Shown: positions 13,381-27,222, counted from the first letter of the stretch. The stretch: 64,000 nucleotides of DNA from Octopus vulgaris (GCA_951406725.2 OX597819.1:126480001-126544000); one strand, 5' to 3'. Notes: a model not told the origin generated them from the letters alone. Made by a program: numbers and translations.

Positions 13381-13637
13381 TGTTCTTGAGTAAGAAACTT
13401 TATTTCACGTTGCCCAAATACACTCACCTGTAGAAATGAGTTATCACGTGACTGTTGCAAGCTGTATCGGCTTATGCCTTTCCCTTGGATAACATGAGTA
13501 GCGTGAAGGGAGGCTGGTATGCATGGGCGACCGCTGGTCTTCCATAAACAACCTCGTTCGGACTTGTGCCTCGAAGAGGAACTTTCTAGGTGCAATCCCA
13601 CAGACTTTCATGACCGAAGGGGATCTTTACCCTTTAT
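13381..13637 (+). mobile_element. SINE-like fragment, further family (duplicated at about 16190-16446)
   Basis: TTCTTGAGTAAGAAACTTTATTTCACGTTG...CACTCACCTGTAGAAATG resembles a CORE/V-type SINE body; between (TA)n tracts. Confidence 0.45.
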
Positions 13638-13638
13638 G

Positions 13639-13713
<75 letters not shown>

Positions 13714-13924
13714 CATATATATTTATACACACACACAAATATTAGAGAGAATCCACTATAAACGTAAGCGAGCAGGACAAATGAAAAATAACAAAAATAT
13801 ATATTAACCCCAGACAATTGTTTCACTGTTAATAAATTATGCAATTTTACTTACACAATACATCAATAGATCATCAGTGGGATTCGTCATGAAATATTTT
13901 TTCACCCTTATTTTGATTTTATAC

Positions 13925-13957
<33 letters not shown>

Positions 13958-14049
13958 CATATATACAAACGTATATGTACATACTTACATATATGTATAT
14001 ACGTATGCATATGTGCACACAGGACGTCACAGAACGTAAACAGCATAAA

Positions 14050-14753
14050 TTACGAAATACGAATACATGCCGGAGTTTGAAACTTGCCCCTCCAAAATCC
14101 GAGATACGTATATGGTAGTAATATTTCTCTCTTTGGCGTTCAAGAAGAGTAGAAATGCAGATCTTTTGGAAGTCCCCAGTGATTAAAGCTTTTAACTGAA
14201 ATTATTTTTACTGATGAGAGTCCTTAGTAACCCTCCAATCTCTTCTGTGAGACCGGATGAGTTTGGAGACCAAAACTGGGCAGTAATTTAATCAGATCCG
14301 AACAAAGCTTTTCCATAGTGTCGGCATAACTACCGGTTCTCTTATCACGAAAGTTCGTAGGATCCATTCTGTGAGATGTTTGCATTTAGGGGTCAGTTTG
14401 GTGATGTAGCTGATGAAAGCTGCATCATTTGACATGATTAATCCTAAATCTTGTATGTCATTAGCGTTTTGAATCATTATCTGGTATCAAATAATGTAAT
14501 CCATGTGTATTCCCTTCGTAATGCAGAGAATGAAATTTTTGATATATTAAATTTCATATTGTTTTCCTCTACCCATTGTTAAAAATGAGGTTTAGTTCAT
14601 TTTAAGTTTGAGTGCATCTCCTGGATCACACAAAAATATCGATAGCCATCGATAGCCATCGATAGCCAACGATAATTTTGTGTGACCAGCGTAGTTCTTC
14701 AGATTGGCCGAGTGCACTTGTGAGCTTATATCTAATAAGGTGAGGATAAATAA
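14050..14753 (-). pseudogene. CR1-clade LINE ORF2 fragment (copy 1)
   Basis: DLGLIMS...WILRTFVIREPVVMPTLWKSFV and NYAGHTKL (YADDTKL-like); stops and frameshifts. Confidence 0.85.
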
Positions 14754-14853
14754 NNNNNNNNNNNNNNNNNNNNNNNNNNNNNNNNNNNNNNNNNNNNNNN
14801 NNNNNNNNNNNNNNNNNNNNNNNNNNNNNNNNNNNNNNNNNNNNNNNNNNNNN
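14754..14853. other. Assembly gap (100 N)
   Basis: Run of exactly 100 n. Confidence 1.
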
Positions 14854-15081
14854 ATAATATTATTAAAGTACAAAAGACCAAATACAAAATAGTCACCATG
14901 GTGATAATACATTATATACATTCATACACATATTTCGGAGGAGAGAGAGAGAGACAGAGAGACAAAGAGGGAGAGGGGGGTTGTTTTAATTATATATAAA
15001 ACAAAAAAAATATTAACTGAATAATGATTTAAAAAGTCAAGTAGAGTTTGATTGATTTGCATATACACACGGATACACACA

Positions 15082-15148
<67 letters not shown>

Positions 15149-16091
15149 ATATATATGCGTGTGTACTTGTGCTGATATACATATGAATATTTACTATTTA
15201 TGCATATGTATATAAGTATATATATATATATTGGTTTGTATGTGTGTATATACATATATGTATGCATGTATGCATCTATCTATACATACATACATATACA
15301 TACATGCATATATGCGTGTATATATACATATATATATGCCTATTTTGATAAGGGTGTAATAAATTAGGACCATCATCAAAAAGGGAGATAAGTTTAATAA
15401 ATCAAAATATTCTCGTATCTTAATTAATCTATTTCTACAACATTGTTGCATAAGAAAATATCGATTTTCTTTTTCTTTCTTTTTTTTGCAAATTAACTAG
15501 GCTATAAATCTACTCTACACATGTTTATATATATCTTTTTCATTCACTATCAGATAAAAAAAAATGTTAATTCTTTGTCACGTCACAGACAAAATGTCAT
15601 TTCTTGTTAGAATTCAGTTAAAATATTTCTTTCAACGTTAGAGCGGTTCTTCTGCTTTTCTGACAATTAGGACAGGGCGAGATACTGATGTAGAGAGACA
15701 CCTGCAGGAGAAAAAAATTAAAAAGAAACAATAAGACAAAAGGCAGATAACTACTCCACTGCAAACTTTGAGATTCTTGATAAATAAGATCTCTCTGGGA
15801 ATTGCGGAGAAGAGGAATCGAATTCTGTTTGATATCTGATACGTGTGTTAGAGGTATTCTTGAGTCATTCATTGTATTTGTAGTGTTATACTTCGTCAGG
15901 TTATGCACAGAAGCATTTTGAAGAAGTGAAATTCATAGGAAACATTTAGTGAAAGGTAAGACCTTGTGTTTGTTGTTTGTGGGACCATATGTTTATATGT
16001 ATATACATATATACATACATGCATACCTGTATACCTATGCACACACACACATGTATATATATATATATATATGTAAATATATGTGTGTGTA

Positions 16092-16151
<60 letters not shown>

Positions 16152-16450
16152 TATAGATATATGCATATATATATATATATATATATATATGTTCTTGAGT
16201 AAGAAACTTTATTTCACGTTGCCCAAATACACTCACCTGTAGAAATGAGTTATCACGTGACTGTTGCAAGCTGTATCGGCTTATGCCTTTCCCTTGGATA
16301 ACATGAGTAGCGTGAAGGGAGGCTGGTATGCATGGGCGACCGCTGGTCTTCCATAAACAACCTCGTTCGGACTTGTGCCTCGAAGAGGAACTTTCTAGGT
16401 GCAATCCCACAGACTTTCATGACCGAAGGGGATCTTTACCCTTTATGTGC

Positions 16451-16519
<69 letters not shown>

Positions 16520-17533
16520 CATATATATATATATACACACACACAAATATTAGAGAGAATCCACTATAAACGTAAGCGAGCAGGACAAATGAAAAATAAC
16601 AAAAATATATATTAACCCCAGACAATTGTTTCACTGTTAATAAATTATGCAATTTTACTTACACAATACATCAACAGATCATCAGTGGGATTCGTCATGA
16701 AATATTTTTTCACCCTTATTTTGATTTTATACATATATATATATATATACATATATACATACGTATATGTACATACTTACATATATGTATATACGTATGC
16801 ATATGTGGACACAGGACGTCACAGAACGTAAACAGCATAAATTCCGAAATACGAATACATGCCGGAGTTTGAAACTTGCCCCTCCAAAATCCGAGATACG
16901 TATATGGTAGTAATATTTCTCTCTTTGGCGTTCAAGAAGAGTAGAAATGCAGATCTTTTGGAAGTCCCCAGTGATTAAAGCTTTTAACTGAAATTATTTT
17001 TACTGATGAGAGTCCTTAGTAACCCTCCAATCTCTTCTGTGAGACCGGATGAGTTTGGAGACCAAAACTGGGCAGTAATTTAATCAGATCCGAACAAAGC
17101 TTTTCCATAGTGTCGGCATAACTACCGGTTCTCTTATCACGAAAGTTCGTAGGATCCATTCTGTGAGATGTTTGCATTTAGGGGTCAGTTTGGTGATGTA
17201 GCTGATGAAAGCTGCATTATTTGACATGATTACTCCTAAATCTTCTATGTCATTAGCGTTTTGAATCATTATCTGGTATCAGATAATGTAATCCATGTGT
17301 ATTCCCTTCGTAATGCAGAGAATGAAATTTTTGATATATTAGATTTCATATTGTTTTCCTCTACTCATTGTTAAATGAGGTTTAGTTCATTTTAAGTTTG
17401 AGTGCATCTCCTGGATCACACAAAAATATCGATAGCCATCGATAGCCAATGATAATTTTGTGTGACCAGCGTAGTTCTTCAGATTGGCCGAGTGTACTTG
17501 TGAGCATATATCTAATAAGGTGAGAATAAATAA
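14854..17533. repeat. Copy 2 of ~2.7 kb direct duplication
   Basis: Starts immediately after the gap with the sequence found at 12053. Confidence 0.95.
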
Positions 17534-18360
17534 TAATGGTCCGAGAAACGTACCGTGAGGTATACCGCTTATTACATGCAACTTTGCAAGACACTATAAG
17601 ATGTTAAAAAGCTATTTCCCGAGATTTCCAGTGATACCAAGATAGCTTATGACAGACGACTCCAGGAACAATCTTGTCAAACGTTTTAGAAAAATCAAGT
17701 GTTCGTACCTCTCAAGAGATTATTGAAGATAGTGTTATGATGTTGTAATAGTTGTGACATGTAACTTCGTCCAGTCTGAAAACCCAAGAGGTTGTTTTCC
17801 TCGAGGTGCGCAATCATTTTTCTTCAGACAATGCGTTCGATAACTTTAAATGTGTGAGATGTGAGAGAAGCAGGTCTGTAATTTTTAGCTTCAATCCTGC
17901 TAATTCCTTTGTGTCTATACACAACTACGTGTTATTATTGCGTCTTTCAGTAGTTCTGGGAATATGCCAGTGTCTAACGACTTTTGAAGTAACAGCGAGG
18001 CTGTTTTTGGTATGTTTTTAACAAGATGGCTAGGAGATCATCTGAGCCAGATGCTGACTTTAAATCTGGGCCATTGATAGCTGAAAGTATATAGTCTTCC
18101 ATAATATCAGTAATTTCTAGACGTGTCTCTGCAGTTGAATTCTGGAGATCAAAGAATTCGTTTGGATTATTTTGATTTTACGTGGAGAAAATGCATTGTC
18201 ATGATGTTAACTCAAAAGTGTGCATATCTGAGGTGAATCATTACTACCTGATCCAATTTGGTCCATTAGAAGGTCAATCTGGTTGCGTGGAGAAGATTTT
18301 TGTTTAGCAAAGTGGAAAAAGAACTTGGGATTATACATTATATTCTCCAATGCCTGGTCT
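16850..18360 (-). pseudogene. CR1-clade LINE ORF2 (reverse transcriptase) decayed fragment
   Basis: [36 protein letters not shown] (GVPQGSVLGPLLF-like), NYAGHTKL, WILRTF motifs; many stops and frameshifts. Confidence 0.9.
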
Positions 18361-18419
18361 ACTTTCAGTGCAGTTTCTATTTTATAGAGTGCATATGAAT
18401 ATATATACAGATACGTGCA

Positions 18420-18535
<116 letters not shown>

Positions 18536-18944
18536 TTTTTTACATATATGTATATATAATATATATATAAAAGATATATTTGTATCTCTATAACATACAT
18601 GCATACATGCATACATATATACATACATACATACATACATAAATAAATATATATTTACGAAGATAAAATATTTTTCTTTCAAATATAGTGCACACAATAG
18701 CACATACACATACACATATAAACGCACATGCGTATACACATATATACACACACACACATATTTGTTGCAATGCTTATGACAGTTATGAGGTGAGAAAGTC
18801 GACTCATTTATCCAGAACCAAGTAATAAAGAAAAAAAGCCTACATGCTACGTCATTAAACCAAGCCTGTTTCGTCAGTCAATACAAGCCATTAGGAGATG
18901 TATGACAAACGCATTAATAACAACCAGCCAGAAAATACACAAAT

Positions 18945-18990
<46 letters not shown>

Positions 18991-18992
<2 letters not shown>

Positions 18993-19380
18993 GCATACAC
19001 AGAGGCATACACACACTCGCACGTACACGGGCACATACACACGCACACACACACACACATACACACAGAGGCATACACAGAGGCATACACAGAGGCATAC
19101 ACACACTCGCACGTACACGGGCACATACACACGCACACACACACACACATACACACAGAGGCATACACAGAGGCATACACACACTCGCACGTACACGGGC
19201 ACATACACACGCACACACACACACACATACACACAGAGGCATACACAGAGGCATACACACACTCGCACGTACACGGGCACATACACACGCACACACACAC
19301 ACACATACACACAGAGGCATACACAGAGGCATACACACACTCGCACGTACACGGGCACATACACACGCACACACACACAT
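18991..19380. repeat. 78-bp-unit minisatellite, 5 copies, CA-rich
   Basis: TCGCACGTACACGGGCAC at 19017, 19107, 19185, 19263, 19341 (spacing 90,78,78,78). Confidence 0.92.
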
Positions 19381-19545
19381 ACATTTAAATATGTTATGCA
19401 TATACTATATACTACTTGTACATTTATATTAACATAAGTGTGTGTGCATATATATATATATATACATACATATATATATGTGTGTACATATATATATATA
19501 TACATATATATATATGTGTGTGTATATATATATATATATATAAAC

Positions 19546-19577
<32 letters not shown>

Positions 19578-19582
19578 ATAAC

Positions 19583-19629
<47 letters not shown>

Positions 19630-19890
19630 CGTTCATATATATATCATTCAAATAAAAGCAAAAGCAAACAGTATCATAAATACAGCGAATGAAAATCTAA
19701 AGAAAAATGGAAAATAAAAATCGAAATAAAAGAAAAAGATATGCGTTTGGTGTTTAGTCATAGATGGTTATTAATTCACACGTGTTCTTCCATACATCGA
19801 CAAAACTCACTCACGCCTGTACTAAAACAGAAATAAAACAGTCACACATGCTTATACATACATACATACATACATACATACATACATACA

Positions 19891-19924
<34 letters not shown>

Positions 19925-20005
19925 CATATATACATGTGTCTACGTACATGCATACGTATTTATGACTGTTTACTTAAGCGGAATGGGGTGGGATTGTTTT
20001 ATTTG

Positions 20006-20060
<55 letters not shown>

Positions 20061-20079
20061 TTATATATATACATATATG

Positions 20080-20116
<37 letters not shown>

Positions 20117-20213
20117 ATATATGTATATATATGTACATATATACATATATGTACATATATACATATATATGTGTATATATATATATGTATGTATATATAT
20201 ATATACACACATA

Positions 20214-20247
<34 letters not shown>

Positions 20248-20880
20248 CATACATACTTACATATACATACGTGCTTTGTTGTACCACAATTCTCTTTATA
20301 TATATGTATATATATATCTATATCTATATATATATATATATATCCATATATTTAGCCATATATATACATACATATATATATATATATATATGTAGGTATG
20401 TAGGTATATATGCATTTATATTCATTATATTTATGTATACAGATGACCATAAATGTAGATATGTATCTATCTAGTTGTGTTTGTATATATAAGAACATGA
20501 AATTTAAAACGTTCATGCATATGGTCACAAACAATAATCTTCATAAACTATAAATGCATATCAACGTTGAGTCCACGTGGAGGAAACATTAATTTATAAC
20601 TCATCTTTCAAATATTTCCGCTATTGTTTCTTAACTGAATTCTTCCGTCTTTTTTTTTTCTTTAGCTTGTGTATGTGTTTGTGTGTATGTGTTTGTTTGT
20701 TTGGTATCATTTATTGTGCTTTAAATTTATTCTTTGTTTTACTTTTTTTCCCTCTCTTTCCTGTAATTCGTTCTCCGATTACACTGTCTACTGGCACACA
20801 CACACACACACACACATGCAGTGCGTACGTATGCCTACATAAATACATTAATACATACGTGTGTGTGTAGGTATGTATAA

Positions 20881-21110
20881 GGCGGCGAGCTGGCAGAATC
20901 GTTAGCACGCCGGGCGAAATGCTTAGCAGTATTTCGTCTGCCGTTACGTTCTGAGTTCAAATTTCGCCGAGGTCGACTTTGCCTTTCATCCTTTCGGGGT
21001 CGATTAATTAAGTACCAGTTACGCACTGGGGTCGATGTAATCGACTTAATCCGTTTGTCTATCCTTGTTTTGTCCTCTCTGTGTTTAGCGCCCTGTGGGT
21101 AGTAAAGAAA
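20881..21110 (+). mobile_element. SINE family A, full length with TSD
   Basis: Consensus match; TSD TAGGTATGTAT at 20868-20878 and 21111-21121. Confidence 0.92.
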
Positions 21111-21180
21111 TAGGTATGTATGTATGTATATGTATGTATATATGTATGCATGTTTGTATGCATCAATGTAAGTTTGTGTA

Positions 21181-21320
21181 GGCGAGAGTGTGTGGTAAGA
21201 ATTTTGATCCCTAATCGCATGCCTCCGGGTTCAATCCCACCGTGCCGCATCTTGTGTATGTGTCTTGCCATTGCATTGTTAGTGGATTTAGTTTGACGAA
21301 AATTGAAAGTATTCCGTCGT
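21181..21320 (+). mobile_element. SINE family B 5' half, degraded
   Basis: GTGTGGTAAG..CCGGGTTCAATCCCAC...AGTGGATTTAGTTTGACGAAAATTGAAAG..CCGTCGTA then (CATA)n. Confidence 0.7.
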
Positions 21321-21375
21321 ACATACATGCATTCATACATGCATACATACATACATACATACATACATACATACA

Positions 21376-21407
<32 letters not shown>

Positions 21408-21656
21408 CTTTATTTAAAGCAGAAGAAAATTCAACAAAACATGTTACTCTGAGTTTCCCGTTGCCGTTCGTCGGACAGTTTTTGTATGTATGTATGTATG
21501 TATGTTTTAGCAAAAACTGTCCGACGAACGGCAACGGGAAATTCAGAGTAACAGGTTTTGTTGAATTTTCTGCTGCCTTAAATAAAGCATATTACTCTAC
21601 CACTGGTATTTGAGTACTCTTTTTTCCACCTTGTTTCACATTTATGTGTTTACTCC

Positions 21657-21658
<2 letters not shown>
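21408..21658 (+). mobile_element. PLE-like mini-element with inverted 5' copy and two HHR motifs
   Basis: 77-bp inverted arms 21408-21484 / 21511-21587; HHR CTGT-CCGACGA-A-CG(GCAA)CG-G-GAAA-TTCAGA-GTA-ACAG at 21517-21554 and inverse copy 21441-21478; 3' extension to 21658 then (TA)n. Confidence 0.7.
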
Positions 21659-21723
<65 letters not shown>

Positions 21724-21972
21724 GAAGTTTGAAAACGCCACTATATAAGATAAATTTTTATTTTCTTAGAAATATTACATGTTTCAGTTCTTGAAAAAAC
21801 GAACCTTATCAAAAATATTTTAAAAAGTGTAATAAAAAAGTTCATAATTGTTTCTTACTAGTCTCAACAGAATCCACGTGGTGGTTTTTTTGTGGGGCGG
21901 AAGCATAATAGCTGTCTTATGTGTTGACTAAAGTTATGGAAATGACCTGTGACCGAAATGGCAGTAGCAGCA

Positions 21973-22049
<77 letters not shown>

Positions 22050-22259
22050 AAGGTAAGATCCAAGGATTAAGGTGTAGAGAATTAGTAAGCTTAGAGCAGT
22101 CCGTAGATGGTAAAAAAAAACACTTTCGTGAACAATGGTGGTTTATTGACGTAGAAGGTTTAAAATTTTTTCAATATCGAAGTTCGATAATCTGAGAAGT
22201 TGTATTATAGCGTGTGGTTAGCAGCTTGGATTGCTGTGTACGAGAATTACAATCTGGCA

Positions 22260-22515
22260 TAGGGGAATAGAGTTGATAATATCCAGGATACATTATGATC
22301 CACTGCTAGCAGAACCTCAGACGTAGTAATTGCGCAAACGAGGGCTAATCCGCTAGCCACTCGTCAGGCCAAAGTTACCTTAGTCAAATTTGATTAAGGT
22401 ATACTTAGCATAACGAATAGCTAGTGGATTACATCTCATTTGGGCAGTTACTACTTCCGAGACTCTGCTGGCAACGAATCATATATAGCTCGGAGTTTAT
22501 CAACTCCATTCCCTA
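22260..22515. repeat. ~255-bp diverged fold-back palindrome
   Basis: Arms align by eye (TTATCAACTC.ATTCCC, GCTAG.GGATTA, TTACTAC, TCTGCT.GCA); centre ACCTTAGTCAAA|TTTGATTAAGGT at 22388/22389. Confidence 0.8.
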
Positions 22516-22547
22516 ATTTGTGTGTGTGTGTGTGTTTATATATATAT

Positions 22548-22690
22548 AGTTAATCCAAACATGAACAATCAAGAAAAATCAACAACGCGAGTATGTGGAA
22601 TAAGTACAGTGTTATTGGGCGCTCAGGAAAGGAAAGAAAAGAAAGAGGATTTCATATTTCGAGCGGAGCTCTTCGTCAGAATTATAGAAA
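22548..22690 (-). mobile_element. HHR-bearing PLE-like mini-element (family of 49740-49965)
   Basis: Minus strand CTGACGA-A-GAGC-TCC-GCTC-GAAA (22657-22679) and 3' end ...CTGAGCGCCCAATAA...TGTTTGGATTAAC-(TA)n homologous to 49822-49963. Confidence 0.7.
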
Positions 22691-23779
22691 AAGCCTGCAT
22701 GTTTTCGAATTCCGTTCCTTTCTGGCTCGATAAAATAAATAAATGGGGTCATTTTAACTGACCCCATTCTTTCGCTCCTAAATTTCAGACTTTTTTGGAA
22801 CAGTAAGGTTATTATTGGACCACAGAGTCTGTTAGATGTTATTGTTTTATCCAAAAGTAAAATACGATCAACCCAGTCTATAGTCAAAGGCGTTGTATCT
22901 GTCTCTTTGAATATACAGAAGTGCGTTTTGCACTTCGTCATGCCTATTTCAAGAAGAATGGGTACTTACGTAGTCATGTCGGGGATTTCAACAGGTTCGG
23001 ATGAACACTTTCACGCAGTATATGTGATTAGAATATCAAAATATACATGTGTCTACATAAATTAATAAAATATACATGTGCTTACAAATGCAAATTGGGC
23101 AGTTAATAATGCATCTTGGACCCACATCAACCGAAATACCGCCTACAGCCAAAGTAGAGTTGGATTTATGAAATATTTCGCTTCTATCTTCAGCAGGTCC
23201 TTGCGCACTACGTATGGATATCTTCATTGATTAATTTTTGAACGAGTATGGCTAGCAGATACTTGTTGTTCAAAACCTGGTCGGCTCCAGCTTAGAAGAT
23301 GTAATCAAATGCATTCCAGTTATGGCCATCCAGGCCTTCGTACTCCGTATCAATTAAACCAAATCTACTTTGTTCGCTGAAACAACTCGTTAGGGATGAT
23401 ATCACAACGTTACTGACAAGTAGCTACGAGGCAAACGTTGTGCATTATAAATCTATGATTCTATTATCAAATGCGTTTCATTATTTCTCTATCATAGGAT
23501 GGAAACTGATAGAAATTTGCCTGCTATTTCTAACCACGCCAGGGGGTCACGTAGTTGTCCATAACCAACCAGAAAGAAAGGATGCATAATGTATGTCTGA
23601 TGTACGTCTAATAGTTCTTAAATGTTAGACGAAGGACTTTCTTCTATGTCTTGAGTGCCTAATATTTGTGTAAAATAGTTTCCAAATATCATATTTGCAT
23701 ATCAAATTCTAATTAGGGAAATTCTAATTTATGGAATTTTATGAGATATAATGAGGAAGTGAGAAAAGAATTCTAATAA

Positions 23780-24071
<292 letters not shown>

Positions 24072-24174
24072 TAATGCACACACACATACATGTGTGTGTG
24101 AGTGTGTGTTGTGTATTCAGACACATATACACATACGCATGCTGACATATGCACTTGTAGATACATATATATCT

Positions 24175-24388
24175 GTTACTTGTTTCAGTCATGTGACTGT
24201 GGCCATGCTGGAGCACCGCTTTTAGTCGAGCAAATAGACCGCAGGACTTATTCTTTGTAAGCCTAGTACTTATTCTATCGGTCTCTTTTGCCGAACCGCT
24301 AAGTTACGGGGACGTAAACACACCAGCCTCGGTTGTCAAGCGATGTTGGGGGGACAAACACAGACACACAAACATACACACACATACA

Positions 24389-24482
<94 letters not shown>

Positions 24483-24647
24483 TAGGACGGGCTTCTTTCA
24501 GTGTCCGTCTACCGAATACACTCACAAGGCTTTGGTCGGACCGAGGCTATAGTAGAAGACACTTGCCCAAGGTGCCAAGCGGTGGGACTGAACCCGGAAC
24601 CATGTGGTTGGAAAGTAAGCTACTTACCACCCAGCCACTCCTACGCC
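24175..24647 (-). mobile_element. SINE family B, full length, expanded internal microsatellite
   Basis: Head, CORE-like motif, internal (CATA)n(TA)n and tail all present. Confidence 0.92.
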
Positions 24648-25717
24648 TGTCAAAAAAGACTAAAAGAACGAAGAAAGAGAGGGTGACAGAGAGAGTGCGA
24701 GAAAGAGAGTGTGAGAGAGGGAGGGGTAAATGAGAAAGTGTAACAGTTCAGGATAGGTGATGTGTTTTCCACCGTCAAAGAAACAACCATAAGTCTTTGT
24801 ATGTGTGTGTGTGAGTGTGTGTAAGCGCGCTTGCGTTTGTATGTGTATGTGTGAGGCTGTCCTTTATTGTCAGTATGACTTTCTGTGGTATATCTATGAG
24901 TGTGTGTGGCTGTGTACTCATGTATGTATGCGTGTGTCTATGCGTGTGTATGTGTATGTGTATGTGTAAGGCGTATCTTTGCAGAAACATAATGCCACAC
25001 GCATGACCTCTGCATATTCTCATCGTGTCTGCAGATTATCTGTAACCTTCTATTAGAATTCTTAGGGAGAAAAGCGCACTTGTTACGGCCAATGACCACA
25101 CTCCCCAGCACATATCGTCCTCACCCATACCCTATAACTCTACAGTCTCTCCTCTCCCTCTCTCCTTCTTCCCTCTCTCTCTCTCTCTTCCTTCTCTCTC
25201 TTCCCCTTCCTCTCTTACTCTCCTGCATCCTTCTCATGTGCTTCCGAGTTTCAAGCTCATCCAGTTAGTCATATAATGTTCGTCTTGACAATAGTTTCGC
25301 CGCCAAGTTATATGTACAATCTGTGCGTCTTTCCGTTAGTTTCTATTGAGAGGTTTTTAAGAGAAAGCCATAAGTTGATTGAGGAAGGTGTAAAATATAT
25401 GAGATGGGATGTGAAAAGGGGACAGAGATTGTGAATGACAGCACGAGATTAATCTTTTCGAAATGAATGATACGGATTACATCCATTAACAAATGCTGCT
25501 TTTATATCCCTGATGTCAGTGTGGTAACACTATGTCCGAAAGTCTATTCATAGTGACCTTCGGTTTGGACGGAGATATAGCATGCGTACACACACAAGTA
25601 CACACGCGCACACACACACACACATACACGCACCCACACACACACACTCTCTCTTTCCCGCTTTCGCTTTTTCTCTCTTTCTCGCGTCCGCTGTCTCTCA
25701 CGTTTTATATGTATATT

Positions 25718-25754
<37 letters not shown>

Positions 25755-26204
25755 GCGTTATATATTGCATTATATATTTGTGTGCATATGCGTATGCGTG
25801 TATTTGTGCTCGTATGCATTTATGCATGAATATGTATGTAATGAATGCATGTATGTAGGTATAAATGTGTGTGTGCATTAAAGCCCTTACTCTTACAAGA
25901 CAATACAGTACCAGCCATTTTGGAATTTGTCTTGGACGAATTCTAAAGCCAAAAAAAATGTTTTGTTAGAATCCTTAAGTAAATGAACGTATCTACTCTA
26001 TCATCTCCAAGCTCTCCCTTCTCTATACTTACCGTTTTCCCAGAAACGAGAACATGTAGCAATTATGAGTATGATCTCATTACTTGCACCAAACTTTCGC
26101 CATTTGTATTATGTATCTATGTAGACGTGAGGACAGGTAGACATTGCTTGGTGCTAATCTTCAGCTGATTAGACTACAACACTATGAAACCAAGTGTATT
26201 GCTT

Positions 26205-26433
26205 AAGGACAGAGATGATGCTTTCTTCTCATTCCATGAATGTAGCAACGTAGAATTAGAAAAGAACAGGAAAAAACTTGAAATTCTTTTTAAAACTTAG
26301 GACAATATATTTCGGTGGGTAATAACAACAGGATAACAATTTTCTCGATGTGACGTTAGATGTATACTATTCACTATCAACTTACTGTAAATCAAATGAG
26401 AATTTGCTACATGTTAATCGTAATTCAAAGCAT
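26205..26433 (+). pseudogene. Penelope-like element reverse transcriptase fragment (Naiad-like motif pattern)
   Basis: RDDAF...ELEKNRKKLEILFK...NFLDVTLD...YCKSNENLLHVNRNSKH, matching PLE RT (Y)RDDGL / NFLDVTLD / YxKPN..L.YV..xSNHP; frameshifted. Confidence 0.72.
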
Positions 26434-26542
26434 TTTGAGCGGTTATCAAATGTATGGTTTGGGGCGTCCCGTATAGGGTCTCTAAACACTATCGTTTCAA
26501 TAGTGTTCTGATTTGTCCGACTCCCGTTATAGTATTTATATA

Positions 26543-26773
26543 TATTTCTTTACTACCCACAAGGGGCTAAACATAGAGGAGACAAACAAGGACAGACAAA
26601 CGGATTAAGTCGATTATATCGATCCAAGTGCGTAACTGGTACTTTATTTATCGACCCCGAGAGGATGAAAGGCAAAGTCGACCTCGGTGGAATTTGAACT
26701 CAGAACGTAACGACAGACGAAATACCGCTCAGCATTTCACCCGGCGCGCTAACGTTTCTGCCAGCTCTCCGCC
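26543..26773 (-). mobile_element. SINE family A, full length with TSD
   Basis: TSD CCGTTATAGTA at 26524-26534 and 26776-26786. Confidence 0.92.
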
Positions 26774-26821
26774 CTCCGTTATAGTAATTATACAGCTTCC
26801 ATTCGGTCCCTTCAATTCTCT

Positions 26822-27222
26822 CTCTTTTACTTGTTTCAGTCATTTGACTGCGGCCATGCTGGAGCACCGCCTTTAGTCGAGCAAATCGACCCCGGGACTT
26901 ATTCTTTGTAAGCCCAGTACATATTCTATCGGTCTCTATTGCCGAACCGCTAATCAACGGGGACATAAACACACCAGCATCGGTTGTCAAGCAATGCTAG
27001 GGGGACAAACACAGACACACAAACACACACACACACACATACATACATATACATATATACGACAGGCTTCTTTCAGTTTCCGTCTACCAAATCCACTCAT
27101 AAGTCATTGGTCGGCCCGAGGCTATAGCAGAAGACACTTGCCCAAGATGCCACGCAGTGAGACTGAACCCGGAACCATGTGGTTGGTTAGCAAGCTACTT
27201 ACCACACAGCCACTCCTGCGCC
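26822..27222 (-). mobile_element. SINE family B, full length
   Basis: Consensus head, short internal CA/TA tract, tail. Confidence 0.92.

Larger units (their letters stand above)
12053..14753. repeat. Copy 1 of ~2.7 kb direct duplication
   Basis: Near-identical to 14854-17533; ends exactly at the N gap. Confidence 0.95.

Noticed and set aside
18991-19380. Regularly spaced repeats as a CRISPR-like array
   Set aside because: Spacers are not unique, the context is eukaryotic and there are no cas genes; it is a tandem minisatellite.
22335-22370. Minus-strand CTGACGA followed by a stem
   Set aside because: No GAAA/NUH half; part of the fold-back palindrome.
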